Positions 8,775 to 17,187 are shown, counted from the stretch's first letter. The stretch is DNA of 57,936 nucleotides from a virus (IMGVR_UViG_3300037424_000596:1-57936); one strand, 5' to 3'. A program made the numbers and translations. Notes: generated by a model from the sequence alone, not told the origin.

Positions 8775-9121
8775 CCACACAGCCACGGACGGCGGCATTC
8801 TCAACCATTGAGGTCTACATGATCCCCAACATCATCCGCACCAGCGGCGGCATCCTGGACGTATCCACCCTTTCCTTTGTCAGCGACTACATGACCAAGG
8901 AAGCCTTTGACCTGCTACTGCATGACAAAAGCGAATCTGCCGGCATTGGCGGCATCATGATCCGCTTCCACACCGGTACAGCCGTCATGGTCAACTGCAC
9001 CAAGGAAGAGGCCAAAAACACCCAGAACTACTTCATTTCCTATAACATGCACCTGGGCAGCTTTTCGGAGTCTCAGAGGATCACGGTTGTGGCACCAATT
9101 GAGCCCAAAGTGGCGCACTGA
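8771..9121 (+). CDS. Hypothetical protein
   Basis: ATGA overlap with the previous ORF; phage-like codon usage. Confidence 0.6.
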   Translation: MTTQPRTAAFSTIEVYMIPNIIRTSGGILDVSTLSFVSDYMTKEAFDLLLHDKSESAGIGGIMIRFHTGTAVMVNCTKEEAKNTQNYFISYNMHLGSFSESQRITVVAPIEPKVAH

Positions 9122-9252
9122 AAAATCGGCTCCGAAAAAGCACAGCAAATACGCCAGCTTGCGACCGTTTGTTAAATAAAATTTTCGGGATTGTTCCATG
9201 CGAAACATCGCCACTCACACTCAGGCAAGGAGTAGCAACCCAGAGGTAAGTA

Positions 9253-9849
9253 ATGACAGCCAAGAAGCCCGTCCCCAAAAAGAAAAAGATAGACCCCCGC
9301 ACCAAGCGCGCTCAGAAGGCCCACAAAAACAGGGCTGAAGTCGTCAAGCTGGCAATGCCCAAGAAAAAAGCCGCCCCCAGGAAAAACAAATCCAGAGCCA
9401 AACCCGTAGAAGAGCACGGAGATAAAGGCCGACCCACCAAGTACCGCCCAGAGTACGATGAACGCGCCATGAAGCTTTGCATGCTCGGATTTACCGACAT
9501 TGAGCTGGCTACTCACTTCGATGTAGCTGAATCCACTATACATTTATGGAAAAAAGAGCACCCCAGTTTTTCCGAGCACATCAAGATGGGAAAGGACTTA
9601 CCCGATGCTGACGCCGCCTACGGACTGCTGCAGAGAGCCCGTGGAATGACCATCCCGGACTGCCACGTCAGCGTCCATAAAGGCAAGGTAACCATCACCC
9701 AGCTGGTGAAGCACATCCCGCCAGACCCGAACGCTGCAATGAAGTGGCTGAAGAACCGCCGTAAAGATCAGTGGAAGGAGTTGATTGCCCACACAGACGG
9801 CGAAGGCGGAGCCCTGGGCATCGTAATCAACGAATCTTTGAAGGAATGA
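9253..9849 (+). CDS. terS: Terminase small subunit
   Basis: Lys-rich N-terminus, GRPTKY, HTH (TDIELATHFDVAESTIHLWKKEHPSF), PPDPNAAMKWLKNR; GAGG RBS. Confidence 0.85.
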   Translation: MTAKKPVPKKKKIDPRTKRAQKAHKNRAEVVKLAMPKKKAAPRKNKSRAKPVEEHGDKGRPTKYRPEYDERAMKLCMLGFTDIELATHFDVAESTIHLWKKEHPSFSEHIKMGKDLPDADAAYGLLQRARGMTIPDCHVSVHKGKVTITQLVKHIPPDPNAAMKWLKNRRKDQWKELIAHTDGEGGALGIVINESLKE

Positions 9850-9942
9850 AATTACATATTGCAAGCGGCGAATAACTGGAAGTAAACTGCTTCATCGCAA
9901 AGTATCAGCGACCATTAACAAAACAACAATTGGAGGCCTCAA

Positions 9943-10530
9943 ATGGCACTGAAATACGCACGCTGGATAGTTCTGGTACTCATGGCTGTAGCTCTGGTAA
10001 CGATGGTTGAGGCAGAAGGTGCCCTGATCAGAACCTGGGCTGCAGGGGTAGCATCAGTTCTTCTTGTCGGGTTACTGGAAGGCCTGGTTCACTGTGTCCG
10101 CACGCTGTCGAACAGGCAGGCCAGAGCAGATAAGAACGTGAACCGGGAGTTGGCTGAGCTATATGCCCTCTACCAGAAATTGGTTCCCAAGCTGGCACCG
10201 GAAGCATTGCTGCGGTTTAAGCGTGGCGGTGGAATCGTGTCGATTCGGAGCCCCATCAAGGCAACCCTGCGCACTCCTTACTATATGGATCAGCCCATCA
10301 AGCCTGGCGCCGAACCCTACCTTCACGCAGAACCGGCAGATTGCCAGATATGCAGGGACTATTTCGCTGACAGGTGGGTCACGGTCGCAATCGAGCCGGG
10401 TGAAGACAAACTGAAGGGGGTAGAAGCCACCGGCATTTTCGTGGACGAGGCGCAGCACATCACTGACGGCATGGTGAAGTCGGTGCTCGGAGAGGGCAAC
10501 CTGAGCCCATCGACAGGCGAGGCGCGCTGA
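9943..10530 (+). CDS. Hypothetical membrane protein with a C-terminal terminase Walker-B-like segment
   Basis: GGAGG RBS; two N-terminal hydrophobic helices; KLKGVEATGIFVDEAQHI. Confidence 0.6.
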   Translation: MALKYARWIVLVLMAVALVTMVEAEGALIRTWAAGVASVLLVGLLEGLVHCVRTLSNRQARADKNVNRELAELYALYQKLVPKLAPEALLRFKRGGGIVSIRSPIKATLRTPYYMDQPIKPGAEPYLHAEPADCQICRDYFADRWVTVAIEPGEDKLKGVEATGIFVDEAQHITDGMVKSVLGEGNLSPSTGEAR

Positions 10531-10531
10531 C

Positions 10532-10849
10532 GTGGCCCGCTTTGCTGACAAGTTCGGATCCAGCATTGGTCGTAACAGTGCCCGAATCAATGCTGCTCGT
10601 GGCTTTATCGCCGCCAAGGTGCGTAATGCTGCCGAGGAAGAGATTCAGTCCGTTCTGAAAGAGGTTGAGGGTCGCATCCGCGCGCGCATATCGCAGAACA
10701 TCGAATGCACGATTGGCGAGATGACGTGTGAATACGATGGATTTGCAGACAAGACGCGCGTTACGGTGAAAGTGCATGTGGTGGACAGGTCGCCTGGGCC
10801 GGAAGTGGTGCTAGGCGGTGTTGATTTGGGAACTGGAGAACTACTTTGA
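10532..10849 (+). CDS. Hypothetical protein
   Basis: Tiles between its neighbours; GAGG upstream of the GTG start. Confidence 0.55.
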   Translation: MARFADKFGSSIGRNSARINAARGFIAAKVRNAAEEEIQSVLKEVEGRIRARISQNIECTIGEMTCEYDGFADKTRVTVKVHVVDRSPGPEVVLGGVDLGTGELL

Positions 10850-11208
10850 ACCGCCGCAACTTCCTGCTTGGCTCTGCTGCCATTGTCGCAGCACCTGCAA
10901 TCGTCAGGGCTGAAAGCCTGATGAAGATATGGGTGCCGCCTGCTGAAGTGCTGACGGTAGATCGAATCAGAGCTATCAAGGCGCAGCTGTTGGCCAGCAT
11001 GGAGGCCAGTCATGTTTTGGATGCGCAAGCCTACAGCATGGGCATGATCCGCCAGATGCACCTGACACGCGAAATGATCCGCTACGGAGTTCTGCGCAAC
11101 GAGAGCATGGACATGCTGCTACACCAGCGACTGAAGAAGGACGCTGACGCCAGAGCCGCAACAGTTACGTTCAGGAGACACGGTGTATTTGCATCGAGCA
11201 ATTTCTGA
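10846..11208 (+). CDS. Hypothetical protein with twin-arginine-like N-terminus
   Basis: MNRRNFLLGSAAIVAAPAIVRA; GGAG RBS before the TTG start. Confidence 0.65.
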   Translation: MNRRNFLLGSAAIVAAPAIVRAESLMKIWVPPAEVLTVDRIRAIKAQLLASMEASHVLDAQAYSMGMIRQMHLTREMIRYGVLRNESMDMLLHQRLKKDADARAATVTFRRHGVFASSNF

Positions 11209-11217
11209 TTGTAGGAT
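11189..11217 (+). promoter_or_regulatory. Sigma70-like promoter
   Basis: TTGCAT-N17-TAGGAT upstream of the micropeptide and structured RNA. Confidence 0.5.
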
Positions 11218-11256
11218 TAGATTTCCCAACAACGCCAACCAACCGAGGACACTTCG

Positions 11257-11304
11257 ATGGGTGACAAAAAAGGCAAGAAGAAGGGCAAGCCCTGTTTGAA
11301 CTGA
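11257..11304 (+). CDS. Lysine-rich micropeptide MGDKKGKKKGKPCLN
   Basis: GAGGA RBS 7 nt before the ATG; downstream of a predicted promoter. Confidence 0.4.
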   Translation: MGDKKGKKKGKPCLN

Positions 11305-11320
11305 ACAACCAAGAGAGGCT

Positions 11321-11451
11321 GGCATACCCGCGTGAAGTATGCCCCGGAACCCTCTCCCGGGTAGTTTGAGAGGGCATCAGTAAGCGGCCCGTGGGCTCAC
11401 TGTCCCGCAGACGCATGACACGCCCACTATCCTTGGGCCGCTTACTGATGC
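11321..11451 (+). ncRNA. Candidate structured RNA (three consecutive stem-loops)
   Basis: GGCATAC/GTATGCC; CCCTCTC/GAGAGGG; perfect 17-bp GCATCAGTAAGCGGCCC/GGGCCGCTTACTGATGC enclosing GTGGGC/GCCCAC. Confidence 0.5.
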
Positions 11452-11484
11452 AAGAGCGCAGCAACAACACCCACGGGCCTGTAT

Positions 11485-11661
11485 ATGACCACGCCAGAAC
11501 AAGACTTTAATGCTTTGGTAGATCGTGCATGTGCCGACAATCCGGAACTGCCGCGTGAATTTGTCGAGCAATTACTACTGGCCCAAGACTCCCCTTGCAC
11601 ACTGAGAGGGTCAAAGGAGTTGCGGGAAGAGGCTGGGATTAAAGATGAAACGACTCACTGA
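11485..11661 (+). CDS. 58-aa protein resembling the C-terminal half of ParD-like antitoxins
   Basis: Translated by hand: MTTPEQDFNALVDRACADNPELPREFVEQLLLAQ...; TGATG-coupled to the next ORF. Confidence 0.5.
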   Translation: MTTPEQDFNALVDRACADNPELPREFVEQLLLAQDSPCTLRGSKELREEAGIKDETTH

Positions 11662-11912
11662 TGGAAGTTTGTCAAAACAACATCGCCCCAGCCACCATTC
11701 TCCTGCACGACCTGCGCGTGAACGGTCGTCGCAATGCTGCGCTGTACTACTACGAAGGCAACTTCTTCTACCCCATCCTCAACCTGGACAACTTTGACCG
11801 GGGTCGCGTGCGCAAAGCCATGCGTCATTTCGAAAGAGACAACAAATCCATGGTTGCCGCAGATCGAGCCCGCCCCGAATACCAAACCCTCGTTCAACTC
11901 TCTGGCCTGTAG
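11661..11912 (+). CDS. Hypothetical protein
   Basis: Coupled ORF with C-ending codon bias. Confidence 0.6.
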   Translation: MEVCQNNIAPATILLHDLRVNGRRNAALYYYEGNFFYPILNLDNFDRGRVRKAMRHFERDNKSMVAADRARPEYQTLVQLSGL

Positions 11913-11991
11913 TGGTTAATCTCGCCACTTTCCGGTAAAGTCCGCGCCATTGGTGGCACTAAGTGGGATAACCCACAAAGCCAACCACTTT

Positions 11992-12043
11992 CCTGCCAGT
12001 CAGTAACGGCACCTTCGCGGGTGTGGCTGGCGGGCTTTTTCTT
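11992..12043 (+). terminator. Terminator-like hairpin immediately upstream of terL
   Basis: CCTGCCAGTC (11992-12001) pairs with GGCTGGCGGG (12025-12034), followed by CTTTTTCTT. Confidence 0.5.
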
Positions 12044-12053
12044 CGGAGCCGCG

Positions 12054-14528
12054 ATGTCAGATAACCGGGTAATCCAATACCACCCACCTGGCCCGGTGTC
12101 GCTGAACTTCCTGCGCTCCAGAGCTTTCATCAGCGCCATTAAAGGACCCGTCGGATCCGGCAAAAGCACCGCCTGCGTGATGAAGATTCTCCGCAACGCT
12201 CAAATGCAGCCAATCAACAGCACCGGTTTCCGATCATCCCGCTACGCCATCATCCGCAACACCGCCCCCGAGCTGAAATCCACCACCATGAAGACCTGGC
12301 ACCAGTGGGTGCCGAAGTCGACCGGGCACTGGGTAGGTCAGGGACCGCCGACGCACCACATCCGCGACCCGATCAGCAAGCTGGACATGGAAGTGATGTT
12401 CGTTGCACTGGATTCCCCGGACGACGTGCGCAAGGTGTTGTCGATGGAGTTGACCGGCGCCTGGGTGAACGAAGCCCGCGAGATACCCAAGGCTATCATT
12501 GACGGCCTCACTGGCCGTGTCGGCCGCTACAAGCCTGCAGTGGACGAAAAAATCTATGCCTTCGAGCCGCAGCTGATCATGGATACCAACCCGCCAGAAG
12601 ATGATCACTGGTGGTACGTGATGGCAGAGCAGGACACCAGCACTGAGTTTGGGCGCAACATCCTGCGCAGCATGGAAGAGTCAGAGATAGAGCTGCGCAA
12701 TGCCGGCCTGTTGGCTCCCGGGCAGAAGTTGTTCGAGTTCTTTGGCCAGCCAGGTGCCTATGCCCCGGGAGCCGAGAACATAGAGAATCTGTCCCCCGGC
12801 TACTACGCGCGCACCAAGGCCGGCAAAGATGCTGACTGGATTAAGGTTTATGTGGATGCCGAATATGGCTTTGTGAAGACCGGCAAAGCAGTGTTCCCAG
12901 AGTACAGGGACAGCCTGCACTGCAAGGAAATCGAGCTGATCCCCGGCCTGCCAATCATGGTTGGCCTCGACTTCGGTCTGAGCCCGGCCGCCATCTTCGG
13001 CCAGTGCACCGAGTACGGTCAGTGGAGGATCTACAGCGAACTGTGCGGCGAAGGCATGAACATCTTCCAGTTTGCCGATGCCATCAAGCGCCACGCATCA
13101 CAGATGTATCAGGGCTGGAAGATCACCAAGATCACTGGTGACCCAGCCGGAAACAGTCGCAGCTCAACCGATCCAGAAACCCGCACGTCATTCCAGCTGC
13201 TGCACACCAAGAAGGTCTATGCCACACCGGCATCGACCAACGACATGACCACGCGCAAGGCTGTGGTGCAGCAACCCCTTACCCGAATCGTCAATGGTGA
13301 GCCTGGCATGCTCATTCACAAGCGCTGCAAGCTGCTACGCAAAGGTATGGCTGGCGGCTACTGCTACAAACGCGTGCCGGTGGCTGGAGAAGACCGGTAC
13401 CAGGACAAGCCAGACAAGAACCGCTACAGCCACCCATGCTTCGCGGCGGGCACCCTGATCACTACCCCGTCAGGCGTGACGCCCATCGAAAACCTGAATG
13501 CGGGAGACATTGTTAACACTCCGCTTGGGCCGCGCATCATTAGGTCAGCATTCAATAGGCCGGCCGATACCATCGCCCTTGAATTCTCCAATGGCACCAT
13601 AATAACCAGCACGCCAGATCACCCATTCTTCACGCAAGAAGGTTATGCTCGCGCCGATGCACTACAATACTCTCACCTAATAGGCACGGAGAGTAGATTG
13701 TGGAAATTCCTGTTCAAGTCGCTGCATTACGATCAAGGGCAAAGTGGCCGATTTACGAATTTCGTGGTCAGCGTTATTACCTTCGCGCTGGATACTACAA
13801 GATCGCGCAGGGCGACTACCTTCACAGGGCGGTTTGGGAAGCAAACTATGGCGCCATCCCAGACAGATGTCATGTTCACCACAAAGATGGAGACACCACA
13901 AACAACCACCCGGAAAATTTGCAGTGTCTTACCGAAAATGATCATGCGTCCTACCACAGTAGCCAGCCTGAGCGCGTTGCAGCATCCCGCAGAAATATTC
14001 GGAAAGCCGTTGATGCGGCGGTTGTTTGGCGGCGCAACAATCCTGAAGCGGCCTCTGAGCTTGGAAAGCTTGCCGGGAGAGCTGCTGCAGAAGTTTTGGC
14101 CTTGCAGCCAAAAGAAACTGCGCAATGCGCATACTGCGATCAACCATACGAAGTTCTCACCATTTACAAAAAAAGAGGGTTCTGCTCTTCATCGTGCCAG
14201 TCCGCCGCGCGAAGGATGTCTGGGGTGGATGATGAGACTCGCGCATGCTGTATTTGCAGCACTGGGTTCAATGCAAACCGCTATACGAAGAAACGCACCT
14301 GTTCGCCTGACTGCAAGAAGCGCCTGCTTTCCAGGGCACGTATACAGCATTGAAGTTGATGATGCGCATTGCTACTACGCAAATGGGCTGCTGGTCAGCA
14401 ACTGTGACGCATTACAGTATCTGTTGCTCGGCGGCGGCGAATTCACGAAGATTATGGACGCCGGCAACGACAATGTGCGCCCGGACATCCTGGAAACTTA
14501 CGAACACTACGTTGATGGAGTCATGTAA
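12054..14528 (+). CDS. terL: Terminase large subunit, intein-containing
   Basis: Walker A GPVGSGKS, Walker B GAWVNEA, coupling motif MDTNPP, nuclease motifs GLDFG, GDPAG and SHP-[intein]-CDALQY; GGAG RBS before ATG 12054; directly upstream of the portal. Confidence 0.93.
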   Translation: MSDNRVIQYHPPGPVSLNFLRSRAFISAIKGPVGSGKSTACVMKILRNAQMQPINSTGFRSSRYAIIRNTAPELKSTTMKTWHQWVPKSTGHWVGQGPPTHHIRDPISKLDMEVMFVALDSPDDVRKVLSMELTGAWVNEAREIPKAIIDGLTGRVGRYKPAVDEKIYAFEPQLIMDTNPPEDDHWWYVMAEQDTSTEFGRNILRSMEESEIELRNAGLLAPGQKLFEFFGQPGAYAPGAENIENLSPGYYARTKAGKDADWIKVYVDAEYGFVKTGKAVFPEYRDSLHCKEIELIPGLPIMVGLDFGLSPAAIFGQCTEYGQWRIYSELCGEGMNIFQFADAIKRHASQMYQGWKITKITGDPAGNSRSSTDPETRTSFQLLHTKKVYATPASTNDMTTRKAVVQQPLTRIVNGEPGMLIHKRCKLLRKGMAGGYCYKRVPVAGEDRYQDKPDKNRYSHPCFAAGTLITTPSGVTPIENLNAGDIVNTPLGPRIIRSAFNRPADTIALEFSNGTIITSTPDHPFFTQEGYARADALQYSHLIGTESRLWKFLFKSLHYDQGQSGRFTNFVVSVITFALDTTRSRRATTFTGRFGKQTMAPSQTDVMFTTKMETPQTTTRKICSVLPKMIMRPTTVASLSALQHPAEIFGKPLMRRLFGGATILKRPLSLESLPGELLQKFWPCSQKKLRNAHTAINHTKFSPFTKKEGSALHRASPPREGCLGWMMRLAHAVFAALGSMQTAIRRNAPVRLTARSACFPGHVYSIEVDDAHCYYANGLLVSNCDALQYLLLGGGEFTKIMDAGNDNVRPDILETYEHYVDGVM
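13437..14402 (+). mobile_element. Intein (322 aa) in the TerL nuclease domain
   Basis: Block A CFAAGTLITTPSG, block B TPDHPF (TxxH), block F VYSIEVDDAHCYYANG, block G LVSN followed by Cys+1. Confidence 0.92.
13700..14353 (+). CDS. HNH homing endonuclease with C-terminal zinc fingers, nested out of frame in the intein
   Basis: LHRAVWE..YG.IP...HVHHKDGDTTNNHPENL......H; two CxxC...CSxxC fingers; GGAG at 13688-13691 before GTG 13700. Confidence 0.9.
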   Translation: MEIPVQVAALRSRAKWPIYEFRGQRYYLRAGYYKIAQGDYLHRAVWEANYGAIPDRCHVHHKDGDTTNNHPENLQCLTENDHASYHSSQPERVAASRRNIRKAVDAAVVWRRNNPEAASELGKLAGRAAAEVLALQPKETAQCAYCDQPYEVLTIYKKRGFCSSSCQSAARRMSGVDDETRACCICSTGFNANRYTKKRTCSPDCKKRLLSRARIQH

Positions 14529-16885
14529 TGCAGACTGAAGAGACTCAGCAAACCACGGAAGACGATGACAGCAAGAAGGCTCGCTTTGATCTGCTGAATG
14601 CGTTCGGGCAATCGCTGTCAAAAACGCGGTCCGATGCCATTAACGCCCGCCAGAGTTCCGGCATCGAGGATATCTGGCGCGAGGACGAAGAGTTTTACGA
14701 GGGTGTCGACGACCTGAACCGGGGCGATGAGCGCTCCTTCACGCACTACAAACCGCCCCAGGGCGGCACCAATCGGACAGCATCCAACGGCAACGGCACG
14801 GTACGCCGATCCCGCGTGTTCCCGAACATCACCGCCCCCTACGTTGATTCCATCGCTGCACACATTTCCGACATCCTGATCCCAACTGACGACCGACCCT
14901 GGGGATTGGATCCAACACCGGTACCGGAACTGGACGAGTTAGCTGATGAGTTTGCGGCCGAGAACCCGGACCAAGCTGCTGCCGACAAGAAGAAGGGTTT
15001 CTTCTCCCGCATGAAGGGAGCCCTCACCGGACAGCCAGGAAAGCCAGCCGCAGACGGACCCACCCCAGAAGAGGCTTTCCGCAAGCGGAAGCTGGCCCGC
15101 GCTATTGCCGACATGACGCAGACTCGCATCTGGGACTGGCAGGTGGAAAGCCAGTTCAACGCCGAGCTGCGCCGCATTGTTGAAGATGGGTGCCGTGTCG
15201 GTGCAGGCATCATCAAAGGCCCAACGGCCAAAATGAAGGAATCACTGGGCTGGAGTCCTGCATCGGAGAAGCTGGACCCAGCTACCGGTTTGCCGGTCAA
15301 GACAGAAGCCGGCATGGTGGTGCGCCGCGAAACGATCCCCTGCAGCAAGCGCGTCGATTTCTGGAACTTCTACCCACATGGCGGGTGCGGTCAGGACATC
15401 CAGAATGGCGATTACACCTGGGAGCGTGACTACATCACCACCCGGCAGCTGATGAAGCTGTCTCGTGACGAGAACTACATTGGCGAGCAGATCATGCTGG
15501 CCCTGCAAGAAGGCCCGATGCGCGCCAACGCCACGGTGCAGGAAAGCCCAAGTGTTGCCGGCGACCTGCAACGCCGCGACCTGTACGAAATCTGGTTCGG
15601 CTACTGCACGGCGAAGACTGAAGACCTGGTAGCAGCCGGCTTTGATTTTGCTGAGGAAGGCGAAGGTAAAGGCTTGAGCATTGATGTGGCTGTGACCATG
15701 GTGAATGATCGCGTCATCAAGATCGCCCTGCCCCCGGTGGACCACTGTGGTTTCCCTTACGATGTGTTCTGTGTTCGCAAGCGCAACAACTTCTGGGCTG
15801 GTATTGGCTACAGCCGCATGATCCGTACCCCACAAAAGATTGTCGTGGGCGCTACCCGCTCAATGATGGACAACGCTGGGCTGGCTGGCGGTCCCATGAT
15901 CGTATTCAAGCAGGGTGTGGTCCGGCCGGCAGATGGTGTCGCCGGTATCGGACCCCGCAAAATCTTCTACATCAGCAAAGATGACACCAGTATTGCGGAT
16001 GCCACCAAGGCCATTGGCCAGATCAAGGTGGACATGATGGTGGACGAAATGCTGACCATCGTGAACTTCGGACTCAGGCTGGCCGAAGACACCACGGGCT
16101 TCCCCATGCTCATTCAGGGGCAGATGGGTGGCGCACCGGACAGAGTGGGAGTGGTACAGGCAATGGAACGCAATACCAACGCCGTAAAGCGCCGCATTGC
16201 CCGCAACTTCAGCGATGACGTGATCTACCGCCATGTGCGCCGGTACTACGCCTGGCACATGACCTACGGACCCGACAACGAGAAGGGCGACCTGCAGATC
16301 AACGTCAAAGGCTACGGTGCACTGGTGGAGCGCGACATCCAGAATCAAGAACTTGCCGGCATGTTCGCCATCATCACCGACCCACGCTTTGAGTTGGATC
16401 CACTGAAATGGCGCGATGAGTATTTGCGCAGCCGCCATATCAACCCAGAAACCATGGCCATTGATGACGAGCAGCGTCAGCAGCTGTACCAACGCTGGAA
16501 CGAGATTCTGCAGGCCAGCGGTGAAGACCCGCGCGTCAAAGTGGCCGAGATTGGAGCACAGGCACGCATTGGTGTGGCCCAGCTCAACGCTGAAATGCAG
16601 GGCGCTATCCAGATTAATCGTCAACAGCATGAGGCCGAGCAGGCCGAACTGGACCGTATGACCACACTGGTTGGCCGAGCAATCGACAAAGAGTTGATGG
16701 GGCTGCAGCAGCAAGGCGTCAGCGAAGATGTCACGCGCAAAATCAAGGCTGATCTGGCTAAAGAGGTTATGAAGATTACGTCGACCATGCGCCTGGCCGG
16801 CGTGAAGGCGCGGGCTGATCTGATGCCCAAGCCACCCATCGAGCCAATCGGCAGAGCTCCGGCTGGCGAATCGTTTCAGAAGTAA
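14528..16885 (+). CDS. Portal protein
   Basis: 785 aa, TAATG-coupled to terL; helical, with a Q/E-rich coiled-coil C-terminus as in podovirus portals. Confidence 0.85.
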   Translation: MQTEETQQTTEDDDSKKARFDLLNAFGQSLSKTRSDAINARQSSGIEDIWREDEEFYEGVDDLNRGDERSFTHYKPPQGGTNRTASNGNGTVRRSRVFPNITAPYVDSIAAHISDILIPTDDRPWGLDPTPVPELDELADEFAAENPDQAAADKKKGFFSRMKGALTGQPGKPAADGPTPEEAFRKRKLARAIADMTQTRIWDWQVESQFNAELRRIVEDGCRVGAGIIKGPTAKMKESLGWSPASEKLDPATGLPVKTEAGMVVRRETIPCSKRVDFWNFYPHGGCGQDIQNGDYTWERDYITTRQLMKLSRDENYIGEQIMLALQEGPMRANATVQESPSVAGDLQRRDLYEIWFGYCTAKTEDLVAAGFDFAEEGEGKGLSIDVAVTMVNDRVIKIALPPVDHCGFPYDVFCVRKRNNFWAGIGYSRMIRTPQKIVVGATRSMMDNAGLAGGPMIVFKQGVVRPADGVAGIGPRKIFYISKDDTSIADATKAIGQIKVDMMVDEMLTIVNFGLRLAEDTTGFPMLIQGQMGGAPDRVGVVQAMERNTNAVKRRIARNFSDDVIYRHVRRYYAWHMTYGPDNEKGDLQINVKGYGALVERDIQNQELAGMFAIITDPRFELDPLKWRDEYLRSRHINPETMAIDDEQRQQLYQRWNEILQASGEDPRVKVAEIGAQARIGVAQLNAEMQGAIQINRQQHEAEQAELDRMTTLVGRAIDKELMGLQQQGVSEDVTRKIKADLAKEVMKITSTMRLAGVKARADLMPKPPIEPIGRAPAGESFQK

Positions 16886-16905
16886 AACCATAAGAGGGCA
16901 ACACC

Positions 16906-17187
16906 ATGAGCACCACGGTCGGTGACAGGAAGGTTGCAGTAAGCAGGTCAGAAGCACTAAAAAATGACCTGCCGTTCTACGTCAGCAACATCAAATGTGC
17001 AGCTGGGCATACAGGTTACCGGGACACCAGAACAGGCGCCTGTATATCCTGCCAGCAAGAGAAGGCCAGACTTTCCAAATTCACCAAGGAAGGCGATGCC
17101 GAGCGTGCTGCACTGCGCAAGCGCATCGAGGCCAAGCAGGATCAGATTCAACTTAACCGTATCAACAGAGAGGCGTTTTATGGGTGA
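16906..17187 (+). CDS. Small zinc-binding hypothetical protein
   Basis: CAAGH...R..RTGACISC motif. Confidence 0.6.
   Translation: MSTTVGDRKVAVSRSEALKNDLPFYVSNIKCAAGHTGYRDTRTGACISCQQEKARLSKFTKEGDAERAALRKRIEAKQDQIQLNRINREAFYG

Noticed and set aside
11374-11460. Hammerhead ribozyme in the structured RNA
   Set aside because: CTGATGC rather than CTGATGA, buried in the long stem, with no GAAA core in the required position.
13700-14353. Explaining the out-of-frame HNH as a simple sequencing frameshift
   Set aside because: It would need two compensating errors; the HNH has its own RBS, start and stop, and the intein frame has no stop across the whole overlap. Read-level confirmation is still advisable.
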